Shown here: positions 19,327-28,057 of the stretch, one piece after another | How the letters are laid out: every line of letters starts with the position of its first letter | How positions within the stretch are numbered: position 1 is the first letter of the stretch | Assembly: GCA_030753015.1 (NCBI GenBank) | Contig: JASMDC010000025.1 | Span: 1-50,562, forward strand | Origin: Candidatus Undinarchaeales archaeon | Lineage (GTDB): Archaea; SpSt-1190; JASMDC01 | Length of the DNA: 50,562 bases | Direction: 5' to 3' | The notes under the pieces: model-generated | What the model saw: the letters and a program-made list of their open reading frames with translations, nothing else | The model's database searches: none | What the model was told of the DNA's origin: nothing | Translations under genes and position numbers: made by a program

Positions 19327-19818
19327 CTATGAAGACTCCATCCGTCCTATGTAGTCCTCGAGCTCCTGGCAGGCGAACTCGTTCTCGTGCTGGCGCAGTG
19401 ATTCGCCGCACGAGGGGCAGATGAAGTCGTTCTCGAACCCTTCCTCGAAGGTGAACCGTTGGCATCGTTCAGTGCACATGAAGAAGTGGTTGGAATGCTC
19501 GAACTCGAAGCGCTTTCGCAGGAGGCTCAGTATCTTGCGTTTGCGACGACTGATTGCCTCTGCCAGGCGCTCGGGATAGAGCTCCCAGTGGTACACGAAC
19601 CAGCCGTTGGGCTCTCGCTCCTTGCGGAAATTGACCAACTTCGCATCATAGAACCGCTGGAGGATACCCCTGATTATCTGCTCCGTGAGCCCCAGATCCT
19701 CAGCGAGCTCCGTTTCCGTGCGTTCGCCCTTGGTAAGAGCCCTGATGACGCCGATGGCGCGTATACCGCCGATTCCGGCTATGAAGTCGAGTGAGACGGG
19801 CTCTTCTAATGACTCCAC
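19327..19818 (-). CDS. tfe: Transcription factor E (TFE alpha)
   Basis: Winged helix (TETELAEDLG...GWFVYHW), FMCTERC...RFTFEEGFENDFICPSCG; TTTATAA upstream. Confidence 0.88.
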   Translation of the reverse strand: MESLEEPVSLDFIAGIGGIRAIGVIRALTKGERTETELAEDLGLTEQIIRGILQRFYDAKLVNFRKEREPNGWFVYHWELYPERLAEAISRRKRKILSLLRKRFEFEHSNHFFMCTERCQRFTFEEGFENDFICPSCGESLRQHENEFACQELEDYIGRMESS

Positions 19819-19863
19819 GACAGAGAGGCCGTGTTCATGAGTTATAAAGGCAGGTCCGCTCGC

Positions 19864-20601
19864 TCAGTATAGCCGCTCTCCCACCTCGGCCTCCAGCACC
19901 TTGAGCACCTTGCGACGGACCACCTCGCGCTCCCCGTCCTTGCCCGTAAGATCATGCACGTCACGCTCCCTGAGCGGGCGGCTGGACACAACCATCACCC
20001 TGCTTGCCAGCCGGAGGGCTACCTCGACATCATGAGTGACAAGGACGACCGTCGTGCCCGTCTCCTTCCAGAGCCGCATCAGGGTGTTCTGGAGGATCCT
20101 GGATGTCTGGGCATCCAGGGAGGAGAAAGGCTCGTCCATGAGGAGCATGTCGGGCTCGGCCACCATGGCACGGGCCAGGGCGACACGTCGCTCCATCCCG
20201 CCGGACAGGGTACGTGGATAGTTGTCCTGGAATCCGTCCAGACCGCACGTGCGGACGGCCTCCGCCACCCGTTCAGGATCGACGTCCCCGCGGGCCTCCA
20301 TGCCGAAGGAGACGTTCTCCTCGACGGTGGCCCAGGGGAACACCGTGCCCTCCTGGAAGATGAGCACACGGTCCGGTCCGGATCCGGTAACAGGCTCGCC
20401 CCGCACCTTCACGCTCCCCGCCGTGGGTGTCTCGAGCCCCGCGAGGAGGCGAAGCAGCGTGGTCTTCCCGCACCCGCTGGGTCCAACGATGGCCATGAGC
20501 TCGCCCTGGCGGACCGTCAGGTCGAGACCATCGATGACATCTAGATCGCCGAAGGACTTGGTGAGGCCCTTGACTGCTAGCACTGGTGGGTCTACCGCCA
20601 C
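19864..20601 (-). CDS. NitT/TauT ABC transporter ATP-binding protein
   Basis: GPSGCGKTT, LSGGM, LLMDEPFSSLD, VTHD; GTG start 20601. Confidence 0.92.
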   Translation of the reverse strand: MAVDPPVLAVKGLTKSFGDLDVIDGLDLTVRQGELMAIVGPSGCGKTTLLRLLAGLETPTAGSVKVRGEPVTGSGPDRVLIFQEGTVFPWATVEENVSFGMEARGDVDPERVAEAVRTCGLDGFQDNYPRTLSGGMERRVALARAMVAEPDMLLMDEPFSSLDAQTSRILQNTLMRLWKETGTTVVLVTHDVEVALRLASRVMVVSSRPLRERDVHDLTGKDGEREVVRRKVLKVLEAEVGERLY

Positions 20602-21344
20602 GGTACGAACCTCCCCTCGAGACCTCGCATGCCCCGGTTCATCAGATAGCCGAGGACACCGATGCTCACCATCCCGACCATGATACGATCGGCACGGGCC
20701 AGGTCCTGGGCCACGACCATCATGTAGCCGAGGCCGTAACCGGTCCGTACGCCCTGGAGCTCCGCGGCGACCAGACACATCCACGCCACACCCGCACCCA
20801 CGCGCAGTCCGGTCAGCACGTGCGGGAGCGTCGCGGGGACCACCACACGCCGCCACGTCGTCGAGTCATCGGCCCCGAACACCCGTGAGACCTCAAGATA
20901 GCGGGGCTCGATGGCACGCACACCCTCGTACGTGTTCAGGAGGATAGGGAACACGCATCCAAGGAAGATGATGAACGCCTGGTCGGCGAGCCCGATGCCC
21001 AGCCACAGGATGGCCAGAGGGATCCATGCGAGGGGCGGGACGGGTCGTACGAGCTCGACAACCGGCTCTAGGATGTCCCGTGCCCAGGGTCGCGTCCCCA
21101 TGAGATAGCCCAGCAGGATGCCCACGAGCGAGCCCGCGCCGAGTCCGACCAGCACGCGTCCCAGTGAAGCTGCAGCGTGACGGACCAGATCGCCGGAGCG
21201 GAGGAGGCGAACACCCTCCACGGCGACGGTCAGCGGTCCGGGGAAGAGGGCCGCGAAGGTACCACCTCGTCCAGCTGCTGCCCATGCAGCGAGCTGCCAG
21301 AGGGCAAGGAAGATGACGATCCCAGCACCACGGCGGAGCCTCAG
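20592..21344 (-). CDS. NitT/TauT (SsuC-like) ABC permease
   Basis: RPVPPLAWIPLAILWLGIG, VVVPATLPHVLTGLR, LVAAEL; frame extends past track start 21221 through a TM helix to a CTG at 21344. Confidence 0.88.
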   Translation of the reverse strand: MRLRRGAGIVIFLALWQLAAWAAAGRGGTFAALFPGPLTVAVEGVRLLRSGDLVRHAAASLGRVLVGLGAGSLVGILLGYLMGTRPWARDILEPVVELVRPVPPLAWIPLAILWLGIGLADQAFIIFLGCVFPILLNTYEGVRAIEPRYLEVSRVFGADDSTTWRRVVVPATLPHVLTGLRVGAGVAWMCLVAAELQGVRTGYGLGYMMVVAQDLARADRIMVGMVSIGVLGYLMNRGMRGLEGRFVPWR

Positions 21345-22336
21345 GACTCTCCCTCCACGGCAACGCCGGCGGCTTCGAGCGCGCGGAGCGCTAGCACGTG
21401 CTGGACGGTGCCGAATCCGGGGACAGCGATGTCACGCCCGGCCAGGTCGGTCACGTCCGTGATGGGCCCGTCGGTGCGCACGGCGATGCAGGAACCCTCT
21501 TCGTTCACCCCGGCGAGCACGACAACAGGCACCTGCGCGACGGTTCCCTTGAGCAGGAGGGGTGCGGCCCCCAGGTACCCCGCGTCGATATCGGCGGCCG
21601 CGAACCCGTCCATCTCCTTGACCCCGTTCTCGAACACAACCTCCTCGACCGTGATCCCTTCATCAGCGAAGTACCCCTTCTCCTTGGCGACGAGGAAGGC
21701 GGCCTGGTGGATGTCTCCCTCCAACCATCCCACACGCAGTGTGATCGGGCCGGTCGGAGCATCTACATCCTGCTGCTTGGGCACTAGCCTGGACACAGCG
21801 GTCGCGGGATCGGTCTCGGAAGGTACAAGGCCAGCATCGCGGATGGCCTGCATGTACGTGGTCATCCCCGTCCGGTCAGGCTCGGTACGGAAGGCGATGT
21901 TGTCCATGGCGGCTTGAACTGCCTCCCGGTCCATGCCGGTGGACGCAGCGAAGATATCGACGGCCTCGTCCGGATGTTCGTTCATGTAGGCCGTGGCCCG
22001 CTCGTGGATCCGTCGCAGGGCCGATGCCAGCCCCGGCCGGCTCTCGAGAAGCTCCTGCCGGGCCGCGAGGACGCAGCAGGGATGGGACGGCCAGATGTCC
22101 TTTGAAGCGGCGAGCATCCGTGCCGTTCCGGACAGCACGGCCCGTGCACAGTGGGGCTCCCAGGCGACGAAGGCCGCAACATCACCACGGGCCAGGGCCG
22201 CCTCCATGAGGGCTGGGCGCAGGCGCACGAAGCGAGCGGACGTACCTGCACTGGGCGGAGCGAGCACCGCCGCCAGGGCGAGCAGGCACACGACGGCAGC
22301 TATGAGGACCGGGAGAGGTCGTATCGACGATTCCAT
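21341..22336 (-). CDS. SsuA/TauA-like ABC substrate-binding protein, apparently circularly permuted
   Basis: Signal anchor; AWEP and WPSHPCCVL precede TLRVGW...VAKEKGYFADEG and DLAGRDIAVPG. Confidence 0.88.
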   Translation of the reverse strand: MESSIRPLPVLIAAVVCLLALAAVLAPPSAGTSARFVRLRPALMEAALARGDVAAFVAWEPHCARAVLSGTARMLAASKDIWPSHPCCVLAARQELLESRPGLASALRRIHERATAYMNEHPDEAVDIFAASTGMDREAVQAAMDNIAFRTEPDRTGMTTYMQAIRDAGLVPSETDPATAVSRLVPKQQDVDAPTGPITLRVGWLEGDIHQAAFLVAKEKGYFADEGITVEEVVFENGVKEMDGFAAADIDAGYLGAAPLLLKGTVAQVPVVVLAGVNEEGSCIAVRTDGPITDVTDLAGRDIAVPGFGTVQHVLALRALEAAGVAVEGES

Positions 22337-22431
22337 TATGGACGAGTCTGGAATGCCCAACCATTATGAATGTATGGCTGGTCCAGGGTATTCCATCGTA
22401 CCGTGTCCGCCGGGGGGTGGTCGTCGGCCCC

Positions 22432-22551
22432 TTAGTTCTCCACGTCTAGAGGGTGGTCGCACAGGGGGCAGCGGAACTCGTTGTCCTCCCGGTCGGTGTC
22501 CACGCGGATATGTGTACCGCAAGCACAGTCGGCCTCGAGGGTACGGAGCAT
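22432..22551 (-). CDS. Zinc-finger micro-protein (39 aa)
   Basis: Hand-translated MLRTLEADCACGTHIRVDTDREDNEFRCPLCDHPLDVEN; TTTAATAA about 26-33 nt upstream. Confidence 0.65.
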   Translation of the reverse strand: MLRTLEADCACGTHIRVDTDREDNEFRCPLCDHPLDVEN

Positions 22552-22625
22552 CTTATAGATTATAGGAGTCTCAATCATTATTAAAGAAAGGAGGCCGGCG
22601 TGCCGCTATTCCCGCAGGTCCTGTC

Positions 22626-22985
22626 CTAGAGCACGCACTTGGCACAGTTCGCCTGAGAGCAGGCGACGTTGTCGCCCCTCCACCGCAGAGTCCACTGCTT
22701 GAGAGCCTGGATGACCGAGATGAAGTCCTCGCCCGACCCGGTCAGCTTGTACTCGCTCTTGACGGGGAAAGAGGAAGCATCCACCTGATTCATGACGAGC
22801 CCTTCGTGCTCCAGCTCCTTCAGACGGGCTGAGAGCATCTTGGGAGTGATCTCGTCCATAGACTTCTTTATCTTCGAGAAGCGCTTCCATCCACCGTTCC
22901 CCCTATAGAGCTCGAGGAGGATGAGCAGTGTCCATCGCTTTCCGAAGAGATGGGTGCTCTGGTAGACCGTGCACTCCTTATCCAT
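22626..22985 (-). CDS. HxlR family transcriptional regulator
   Basis: GKRWTLLIL, RFSKI, ITPKMLSARLKELE, EYKLT; Cys near both termini. Confidence 0.92.
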   Translation of the reverse strand: MDKECTVYQSTHLFGKRWTLLILLELYRGNGGWKRFSKIKKSMDEITPKMLSARLKELEHEGLVMNQVDASSFPVKSEYKLTGSGEDFISVIQALKQWTLRWRGDNVACSQANCAKCVL

Positions 22986-23061
22986 AGTATACTCTTTGAA
23001 ACCTCTAAGTATTTATAGTTAACTATACAAAAGATACTAGCTAGTAAAAATATAGCAAGGG
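22986..23061. promoter_or_regulatory. Divergent promoter with candidate operator palindromes
   Basis: AT-rich; perfect palindromes AGTATACT (22986-22993), TATAGTTAACTATA (23014-23027), TACTAGCTAGTA (23035-23046). Confidence 0.6.
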
Positions 23062-23073
23062 TTGGTGATCGAT

Positions 23074-23844
23074 ATGGTCTTACGCGAAATAGTCCAGATA
23101 GATGAGAACAAGTGCACGGGCTGCGGTCTGTGTATCCCGAACTGCCACGAGGGAGCGCTCCAGATCGTCGGAGGAAAGGCACGCCTTGTGAAGGATGTCT
23201 ACTGTGACGGCCTTGGCAACTGCCTCGGCCATTGCCCCGAGGACGCGATCACTATCGTGAAGAAGGACGTGAACGCCTTCGATTTCGAGGCAACGAACGA
23301 GAACCTGCGGGAGCAGGGGATGGAGGAGCTCACCGAGAACCCGCTCGAGAAAGTGGACGCCCCCACGCCCAAGGCGCCGCCGCCCATGGCCTGCGGGTGC
23401 CCCGGCACCATGGTAAGGGACCTGCGGCAGGAGACCGCGCCCGTTGCCGCGGCAGCACCTCAGGAGAGCCAGCTGCGACAGTGGCCCATACAGCTCCATC
23501 TGCTCCCACCGCAAGCGCCCTTCTTCAAGGGGGCCGACCTCATCGTGATGGCGGACTGCGTGGGAGTGTCGTATCCCGACCTCCACCAGAATCTTATCAA
23601 GGGGAAGGCGATAACCATCGCCTGCCCAAAGCTCGATGACACGTCGCCGTACGTCGACAAGCTGCAGGCCATCATCGAGCACAACGGTCTCTCGTCGCTC
23701 ACTGTCGCGACCATGGAGGTGCCCTGTTGCCACGGCCTCTACATCATGGTCAAGCAGGCGCTTGAGGCGTCAGGCGTTGACCTCAGGCTCAAGCACATGG
23801 TCATAGGGATCAATGGATCGGTCCTGCGAGAACAAGTGGAGTAG
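23074..23844 (+). CDS. 4Fe-4S dicluster ferredoxin-domain protein
   Basis: CTGCGLCIPNCHEGA, CDGLGNCLGHCP, GCPG, QWPIQL, CPKLD, MEVPCC; GGTGA SD at 23064. Confidence 0.9.
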   Translation: MVLREIVQIDENKCTGCGLCIPNCHEGALQIVGGKARLVKDVYCDGLGNCLGHCPEDAITIVKKDVNAFDFEATNENLREQGMEELTENPLEKVDAPTPKAPPPMACGCPGTMVRDLRQETAPVAAAAPQESQLRQWPIQLHLLPPQAPFFKGADLIVMADCVGVSYPDLHQNLIKGKAITIACPKLDDTSPYVDKLQAIIEHNGLSSLTVATMEVPCCHGLYIMVKQALEASGVDLRLKHMVIGINGSVLREQVE

Positions 23845-23851
23845 AGAGAAT

Positions 23852-23953
23852 GTGTACTGCTATCAACGCCAAGAGAATGCCTGGAACCGGTCCGTCGCGG
23901 CCGCCCGTGGGCACGGCATGGCCATGGAGGACGGATCCGTCGTGAGCGGATAA
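23852..23953 (+). pseudogene. hcp: Probable 5' remnant of hybrid-cluster protein gene
   Basis: GTG-start YCYQRQENAWN resembles Hcp N-terminus MFCYQCQETA; similarity ends after about 12 codons. Confidence 0.45.
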
Positions 23954-24005
23954 CGGTTCGAACCCGTTTCCGCTCCTCTAGGTTTTTAACACCAACCTTC
24001 CCTTA

Positions 24006-24042
24006 CGGGGGCCCATCACCACCTCGGGCCCCCGACTTTTTT
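24006..24042 (+). terminator. Stem-loop followed by T-run
   Basis: CGGGGGCCC-N11-GGGCCCCCG then ACTTTTTT between convergent genes. Confidence 0.6.
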
Positions 24043-25279
24043 ATTCCTCTTTCGGAGCAGGGATCCCAGGCTCGTTACCGACGAGCATGCTGAACAGTAG
24101 CGCTGCTGTGAGGCTCACACCGGCAGAGAACGCGTAGCTCCCGCGCATCCCTGCCACCGGGACCTCCCACAGGAGACCGGTGATGACGCCGGCGCCCAGA
24201 GCGCAGACACCGGCCGTCGCCTGGTGGACACCGAACGCCGTGGCCTTTACTTCATCGGGCACAAGCTCGGCCACGAGGGCGCGCTGGACCGTCCCCATCA
24301 CGGCCATCACCGTCCCGTAGGCGGCGAAGAGCACCACCAAGTGGGCGGGGGATGAGGCACGACCGAGCCCGAGGGCGGTCACAGCGAAGAGGAGGTAGCC
24401 GCAGAGCACGACCGGACGTCGGCCGAAGCGGTCCGAGAGGGCACCTGCAGGGATCGCCGTGGCAGCGTACACAAGGTTGTACCAGGCATAGATCAAGGGG
24501 ATGTAACGCAACGTGATCCCCTGGTCCACCGCGGCGAGCACAAGGAAGGCGTAGGGGAACAGGCTTATGGAGAACAGGCCGTGGGCAACGAGGTTGCGGC
24601 GGTACGGGCCGGGGAGCGAGGAGAGCTCGGGGTGCGGTCCTGTGCTCGACCGTGATTCGTCCTGGGTGTCGCGCAGCTGCCACACGAGTGCTACGGCCAT
24701 GAGCGCCGGTACGATCGATAGGGCGAACACTGCCCGGTACGCGCCTACCTCCCCGTACATCACCGTGAGGGTCGGTAGCAGCAGGAACACCACCACCGGA
24801 CCCAGCATGGCGCCCAATGAGTCCATGGCCTTGCGGTAGCCGAAGGCAAGGCCCAGGTCGCACGATCCGGCGCACGAGGCGACCATGGCGTCGCGGGCGC
24901 TCCCACGAAGCCCCTTGCCGACCCTGTCGGCCAACCGGACAGCCAGGATGTGTGGCCATACGGTGGCGAGAGCGAACAGCGGTTTTACCAGTCCCGAGAG
25001 GGCGTACCCGCCCACCACGAAGGGCCGTCGCTTCCGTATGCGGTCGGACCAGAGACCCGATCCGGCCTTCATGAGGTTGGCGGTGGCCTCGGCCAGCCCC
25101 TCGATGAGCCCGAGAACTGCTGGTGGCGCGCCGAGCACGGTAGTTATGAACAGGGGGAGCAGAGGCCAGATCATCTCGCTGGAGAGGTCCGTGAGGAGGC
25201 TGACACAGCCTAAAAGGAGGACGGTGCGGTCCAGTGACGCAAGGCGTCTGTAGAGCGGGGGCGCTGTATCCTCCGCCAT
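24041..25279 (-). CDS. MFS transporter
   Basis: VSLLTDLSSEMIWPLLP, SGLWSDRIRKRRP, DRVGKGLR, GALSDRFGRR. Confidence 0.92.
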   Translation of the reverse strand: MAEDTAPPLYRRLASLDRTVLLLGCVSLLTDLSSEMIWPLLPLFITTVLGAPPAVLGLIEGLAEATANLMKAGSGLWSDRIRKRRPFVVGGYALSGLVKPLFALATVWPHILAVRLADRVGKGLRGSARDAMVASCAGSCDLGLAFGYRKAMDSLGAMLGPVVVFLLLPTLTVMYGEVGAYRAVFALSIVPALMAVALVWQLRDTQDESRSSTGPHPELSSLPGPYRRNLVAHGLFSISLFPYAFLVLAAVDQGITLRYIPLIYAWYNLVYAATAIPAGALSDRFGRRPVVLCGYLLFAVTALGLGRASSPAHLVVLFAAYGTVMAVMGTVQRALVAELVPDEVKATAFGVHQATAGVCALGAGVITGLLWEVPVAGMRGSYAFSAGVSLTAALLFSMLVGNEPGIPAPKEE

Positions 25280-25286
25280 AATGAAC

Positions 25287-26366
25287 CTACTGGAGCACGA
25301 TAGAGGGCTCCGAGGCGAATTCCGTGTTGGCCGGGACCGCCTTGATCGCCTCCACCAGAAGGGTAACAGCGTTCTCCATGTCCTTGAGGCTGGCCACTTC
25401 GATGGGGCTGTGGATGTAGCGGGACGCCACCGACAGTACGCCCGAGGGGATGCCCTCGCGGCTGAGGTAGATCATGGCGGCGTCGGTCTGCCCCCCCTCG
25501 CTCACCTTGAGCTGGTACGGGAGCTTCTTCGCCTTCCCTGCATCCACCAGGAGGTGCTTGACGGCAGGGTGGGTGATGGTCCCCCTCCCGCCTGCCTCCA
25601 TGAGGATGATGACCGGTCCCGCACCGAGCTTAACGGGCGCCATGTGGAGCTCCACACCGGGGAAGTCGGCGGACACCGCGACGTCCAGGGCGATAGCTAG
25701 GGTGGGCTTGAGTCCGTAGGCGGCAACCCGTGCGCCTTTAAGGCCTACCTCCTCCTGGACCGTGCCCACCGCAAAGATGGTACAGTCGCTGTCCTTCAGC
25801 TGACGAACGGTCTCGACGAGCACGGCGCATCCGATGCGGTTGTCCAGCGCCTTTCCGGTGATTATGTTCGGAGCACCGAGCACCTCGAAGTGCTGGTCGA
25901 AGGTGATGTAGTCGCCGACGGTAATGCCCATGGCCTCCACGTTCTTCTTGCTGGTGGCCCCCACATCGATGAAGAGGTCCGGATCCTTGTCATCGACCTC
26001 CCTCTGTAGGTGAGGTGGGCGGATGCCGATGACGCCCCTAATGGGACCTTTCTCGGTGTGGACCACGATCCGGCGGTTGACGAGGGTGGAGAAGTGGATC
26101 CCGCCGACGCGGGCGAACTTGATGAAGCCCTTGTCGTTGATGAACTTGACAACCAGCCCGATCTCGTCCATGTGCGCGGCGAGCATTATACGCGGGGCGT
26201 CGATCTTGCCCTTCTTGATCGCGATGAGGTTGCCCAGCATGTCGACGCGCACCTCGTCGACATGGGGACGCAGGTACTCGGACATGATGCGCCGTACTTC
26301 TCCCTCATTCCCCGATACACCTATCGCCTCGCTCAGGGTCTTGATGATTTTTTGCAACCGTCTCAT
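25287..26366 (-). CDS. M42 family (TET-like) aminopeptidase
   Basis: GVSGNE, AAHMDEIG, GKALDNR, VQEEVGLKGA, RYIHSP. Confidence 0.95.
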   Translation of the reverse strand: MRRLQKIIKTLSEAIGVSGNEGEVRRIMSEYLRPHVDEVRVDMLGNLIAIKKGKIDAPRIMLAAHMDEIGLVVKFINDKGFIKFARVGGIHFSTLVNRRIVVHTEKGPIRGVIGIRPPHLQREVDDKDPDLFIDVGATSKKNVEAMGITVGDYITFDQHFEVLGAPNIITGKALDNRIGCAVLVETVRQLKDSDCTIFAVGTVQEEVGLKGARVAAYGLKPTLAIALDVAVSADFPGVELHMAPVKLGAGPVIILMEAGGRGTITHPAVKHLLVDAGKAKKLPYQLKVSEGGQTDAAMIYLSREGIPSGVLSVASRYIHSPIEVASLKDMENAVTLLVEAIKAVPANTEFASEPSIVLQ

Positions 26367-26527
26367 GCCCTCGCCGGACCTACCACCCCTGCATGGAAAT
26401 ATATGTGTTTTCCTCGGGCGGGCCCTCCCTACCGGCGTCCCGCGGCCCGCTCAGCGTATATTTAAATAGTAACACGGGCTCCCCAGCCCGGGGCGCCAGC
26501 AAGGCGTTCTGTAGTTGTGTGATTACC

Positions 26528-27280
26528 ATGGGAGAAGAAACAGAAAGCACCGTCAAGATCATCGATCTAAGGTTCGAGAAGCTCGACAATCCCATCGTCG
26601 TGGAGGGATTCCCCTCGGTGGGGCTTGTGGGCGCCATCGCCACCGAGTACCTCACCTCGAAACTGAAGATGAAGTACATCGGGTACATGAAGTCCAAGCG
26701 CTTCCCTCCCATCACCCTAATCAAGGACGGCATCCCCACGGCCCCCATCCGCATCTACGCCAAGGACAACCTCGTCGTCTTCGTGTCCGACACCGCAGTT
26801 CCCCCGGCCATGGTCCACGACGTGGCCGACTGCATCGTTGACTGGGTCCAGAAGCACCAGGCCAAGCAGATCGTCTCCATCGGTGGCATCGCCCAATCAG
26901 CTCGGCAGCAGGAGGACGAACCAAACGTGTACGGCGTGGCGACGACCGCACGCGAGATGAAGAAGATCGAGAACGTCGGCCTCGAGACCATCCACCTCGG
27001 ATTCCTGACCGGCGTGTACGGTGTGCTGATGATGGAGTGCGCTGAACGGGGCATCCCCGCCATGGGATTCCTTGCCGACGCACACTACGAGTATCCCGAC
27101 CCGGCAGCCGCGGCAGCAGCGCTCGACGCAATGGCCAAGGTGCTCAAGCTCAAGATATCCACAAAGCCCCTCCTCGAGACGGCCGACCGCATCGAGTCGA
27201 AGATGCAGGCGCTGATGAGCCAGACCAAGAAGGCCATGGAAGGGATGGAGAGCCAGCAGTACCCGTCCATCTACCGATAG
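26528..27280 (+). CDS. PAC2 family proteasome assembly chaperone
   Basis: VVEGFPSVGLVGAIA, PIRIY, YPDPAAA; ATG 26528. Confidence 0.9.
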   Translation: MGEETESTVKIIDLRFEKLDNPIVVEGFPSVGLVGAIATEYLTSKLKMKYIGYMKSKRFPPITLIKDGIPTAPIRIYAKDNLVVFVSDTAVPPAMVHDVADCIVDWVQKHQAKQIVSIGGIAQSARQQEDEPNVYGVATTAREMKKIENVGLETIHLGFLTGVYGVLMMECAERGIPAMGFLADAHYEYPDPAAAAAALDAMAKVLKLKISTKPLLETADRIESKMQALMSQTKKAMEGMESQQYPSIYR

Positions 27281-27283
27281 GCC

Positions 27284-28057
27284 ATGATCACGTTACTGAC
27301 CGACTTCGGTACCGTCGACGGCTTCGTCGGTGCCATGAAGGGCGTCATCGCCAGCATCGCCCCGGGTGAGCCGGTGGTAGACATCACCCACGACGTGCCG
27401 TCCCAGGACGTGCAGAACGGCGCCTTCGCATTACGTGCCGCGTCATGCTTCTACCCGCCCGGGACCGTGCACTGCGCCGTGGTTGATCCCGGCGTCGGTA
27501 CCGCGCGCCGTGCCCTTGCGCTTCAGACGGCCCACTACCGGTTCGTCGGACCCGACAACGGCCTCATGCTCTGGGCCGCGGACGCTGACGGCGGCGTGCT
27601 GAAGGCGATCTCCTGCACGAACCCCGACTTCCACCTGCCCGATGTGTCGTGCACGTTCCACGGCCGGGACGTGTTCGCGCCCGTGGCCGCGCACCTGGCC
27701 ATCGACGTTCCCCTGGTGGAGCTGGGAGAGCCGGTCGATCCGGTGGACCTCGTTCGCCTTCCCTGGCGGGAGACGCCCTTACCGGAAGAAGGCGAGGTCG
27801 AGGCATGGGTGGTCCACGTGGACCGGTTCGGTAATGTGGTCACCTCCGTACCCGGCAAGGACATTCAAGGTCGGACACTGATCGATGGGAAGGACGTTCA
27901 GGTGTGCAAAGCCTATGACCGTCCGCCCGGGACTCTCGTTGTCGTGCCCGGGTCCGCAGGCCTTCTGGAACTGTCGGTCGTCAGGGGTTCGGCCGCCGAG
28001 CTGCTCGACCTTGACACGGGCGACAGGGTGCGGATCGGTCGGGGCGGTTCAGGTTAA
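27284..28057 (+). CDS. SAM hydroxide adenosyltransferase / chlorinase-fluorinase family (DUF62)
   Basis: ITLLTDFG, DITH, VVDPGVGT, GPDNG, TFHGRDVFAP, DRFGN. Confidence 0.93.
   Translation: MITLLTDFGTVDGFVGAMKGVIASIAPGEPVVDITHDVPSQDVQNGAFALRAASCFYPPGTVHCAVVDPGVGTARRALALQTAHYRFVGPDNGLMLWAADADGGVLKAISCTNPDFHLPDVSCTFHGRDVFAPVAAHLAIDVPLVELGEPVDPVDLVRLPWRETPLPEEGEVEAWVVHVDRFGNVVTSVPGKDIQGRTLIDGKDVQVCKAYDRPPGTLVVVPGSAGLLELSVVRGSAAELLDLDTGDRVRIGRGGSG

Noticed and set aside
19111-19332. Plus-strand 73-aa ORF or C/D box sRNA (GTGATGA near 19175)
   Set aside because: Overlaps the better minus-strand small ORF; no downstream CTGA D box seen.
23900-23980. Complete tRNA gene
   Set aside because: T-loop present but no D or anticodon arm; kept only as a hairpin finding.
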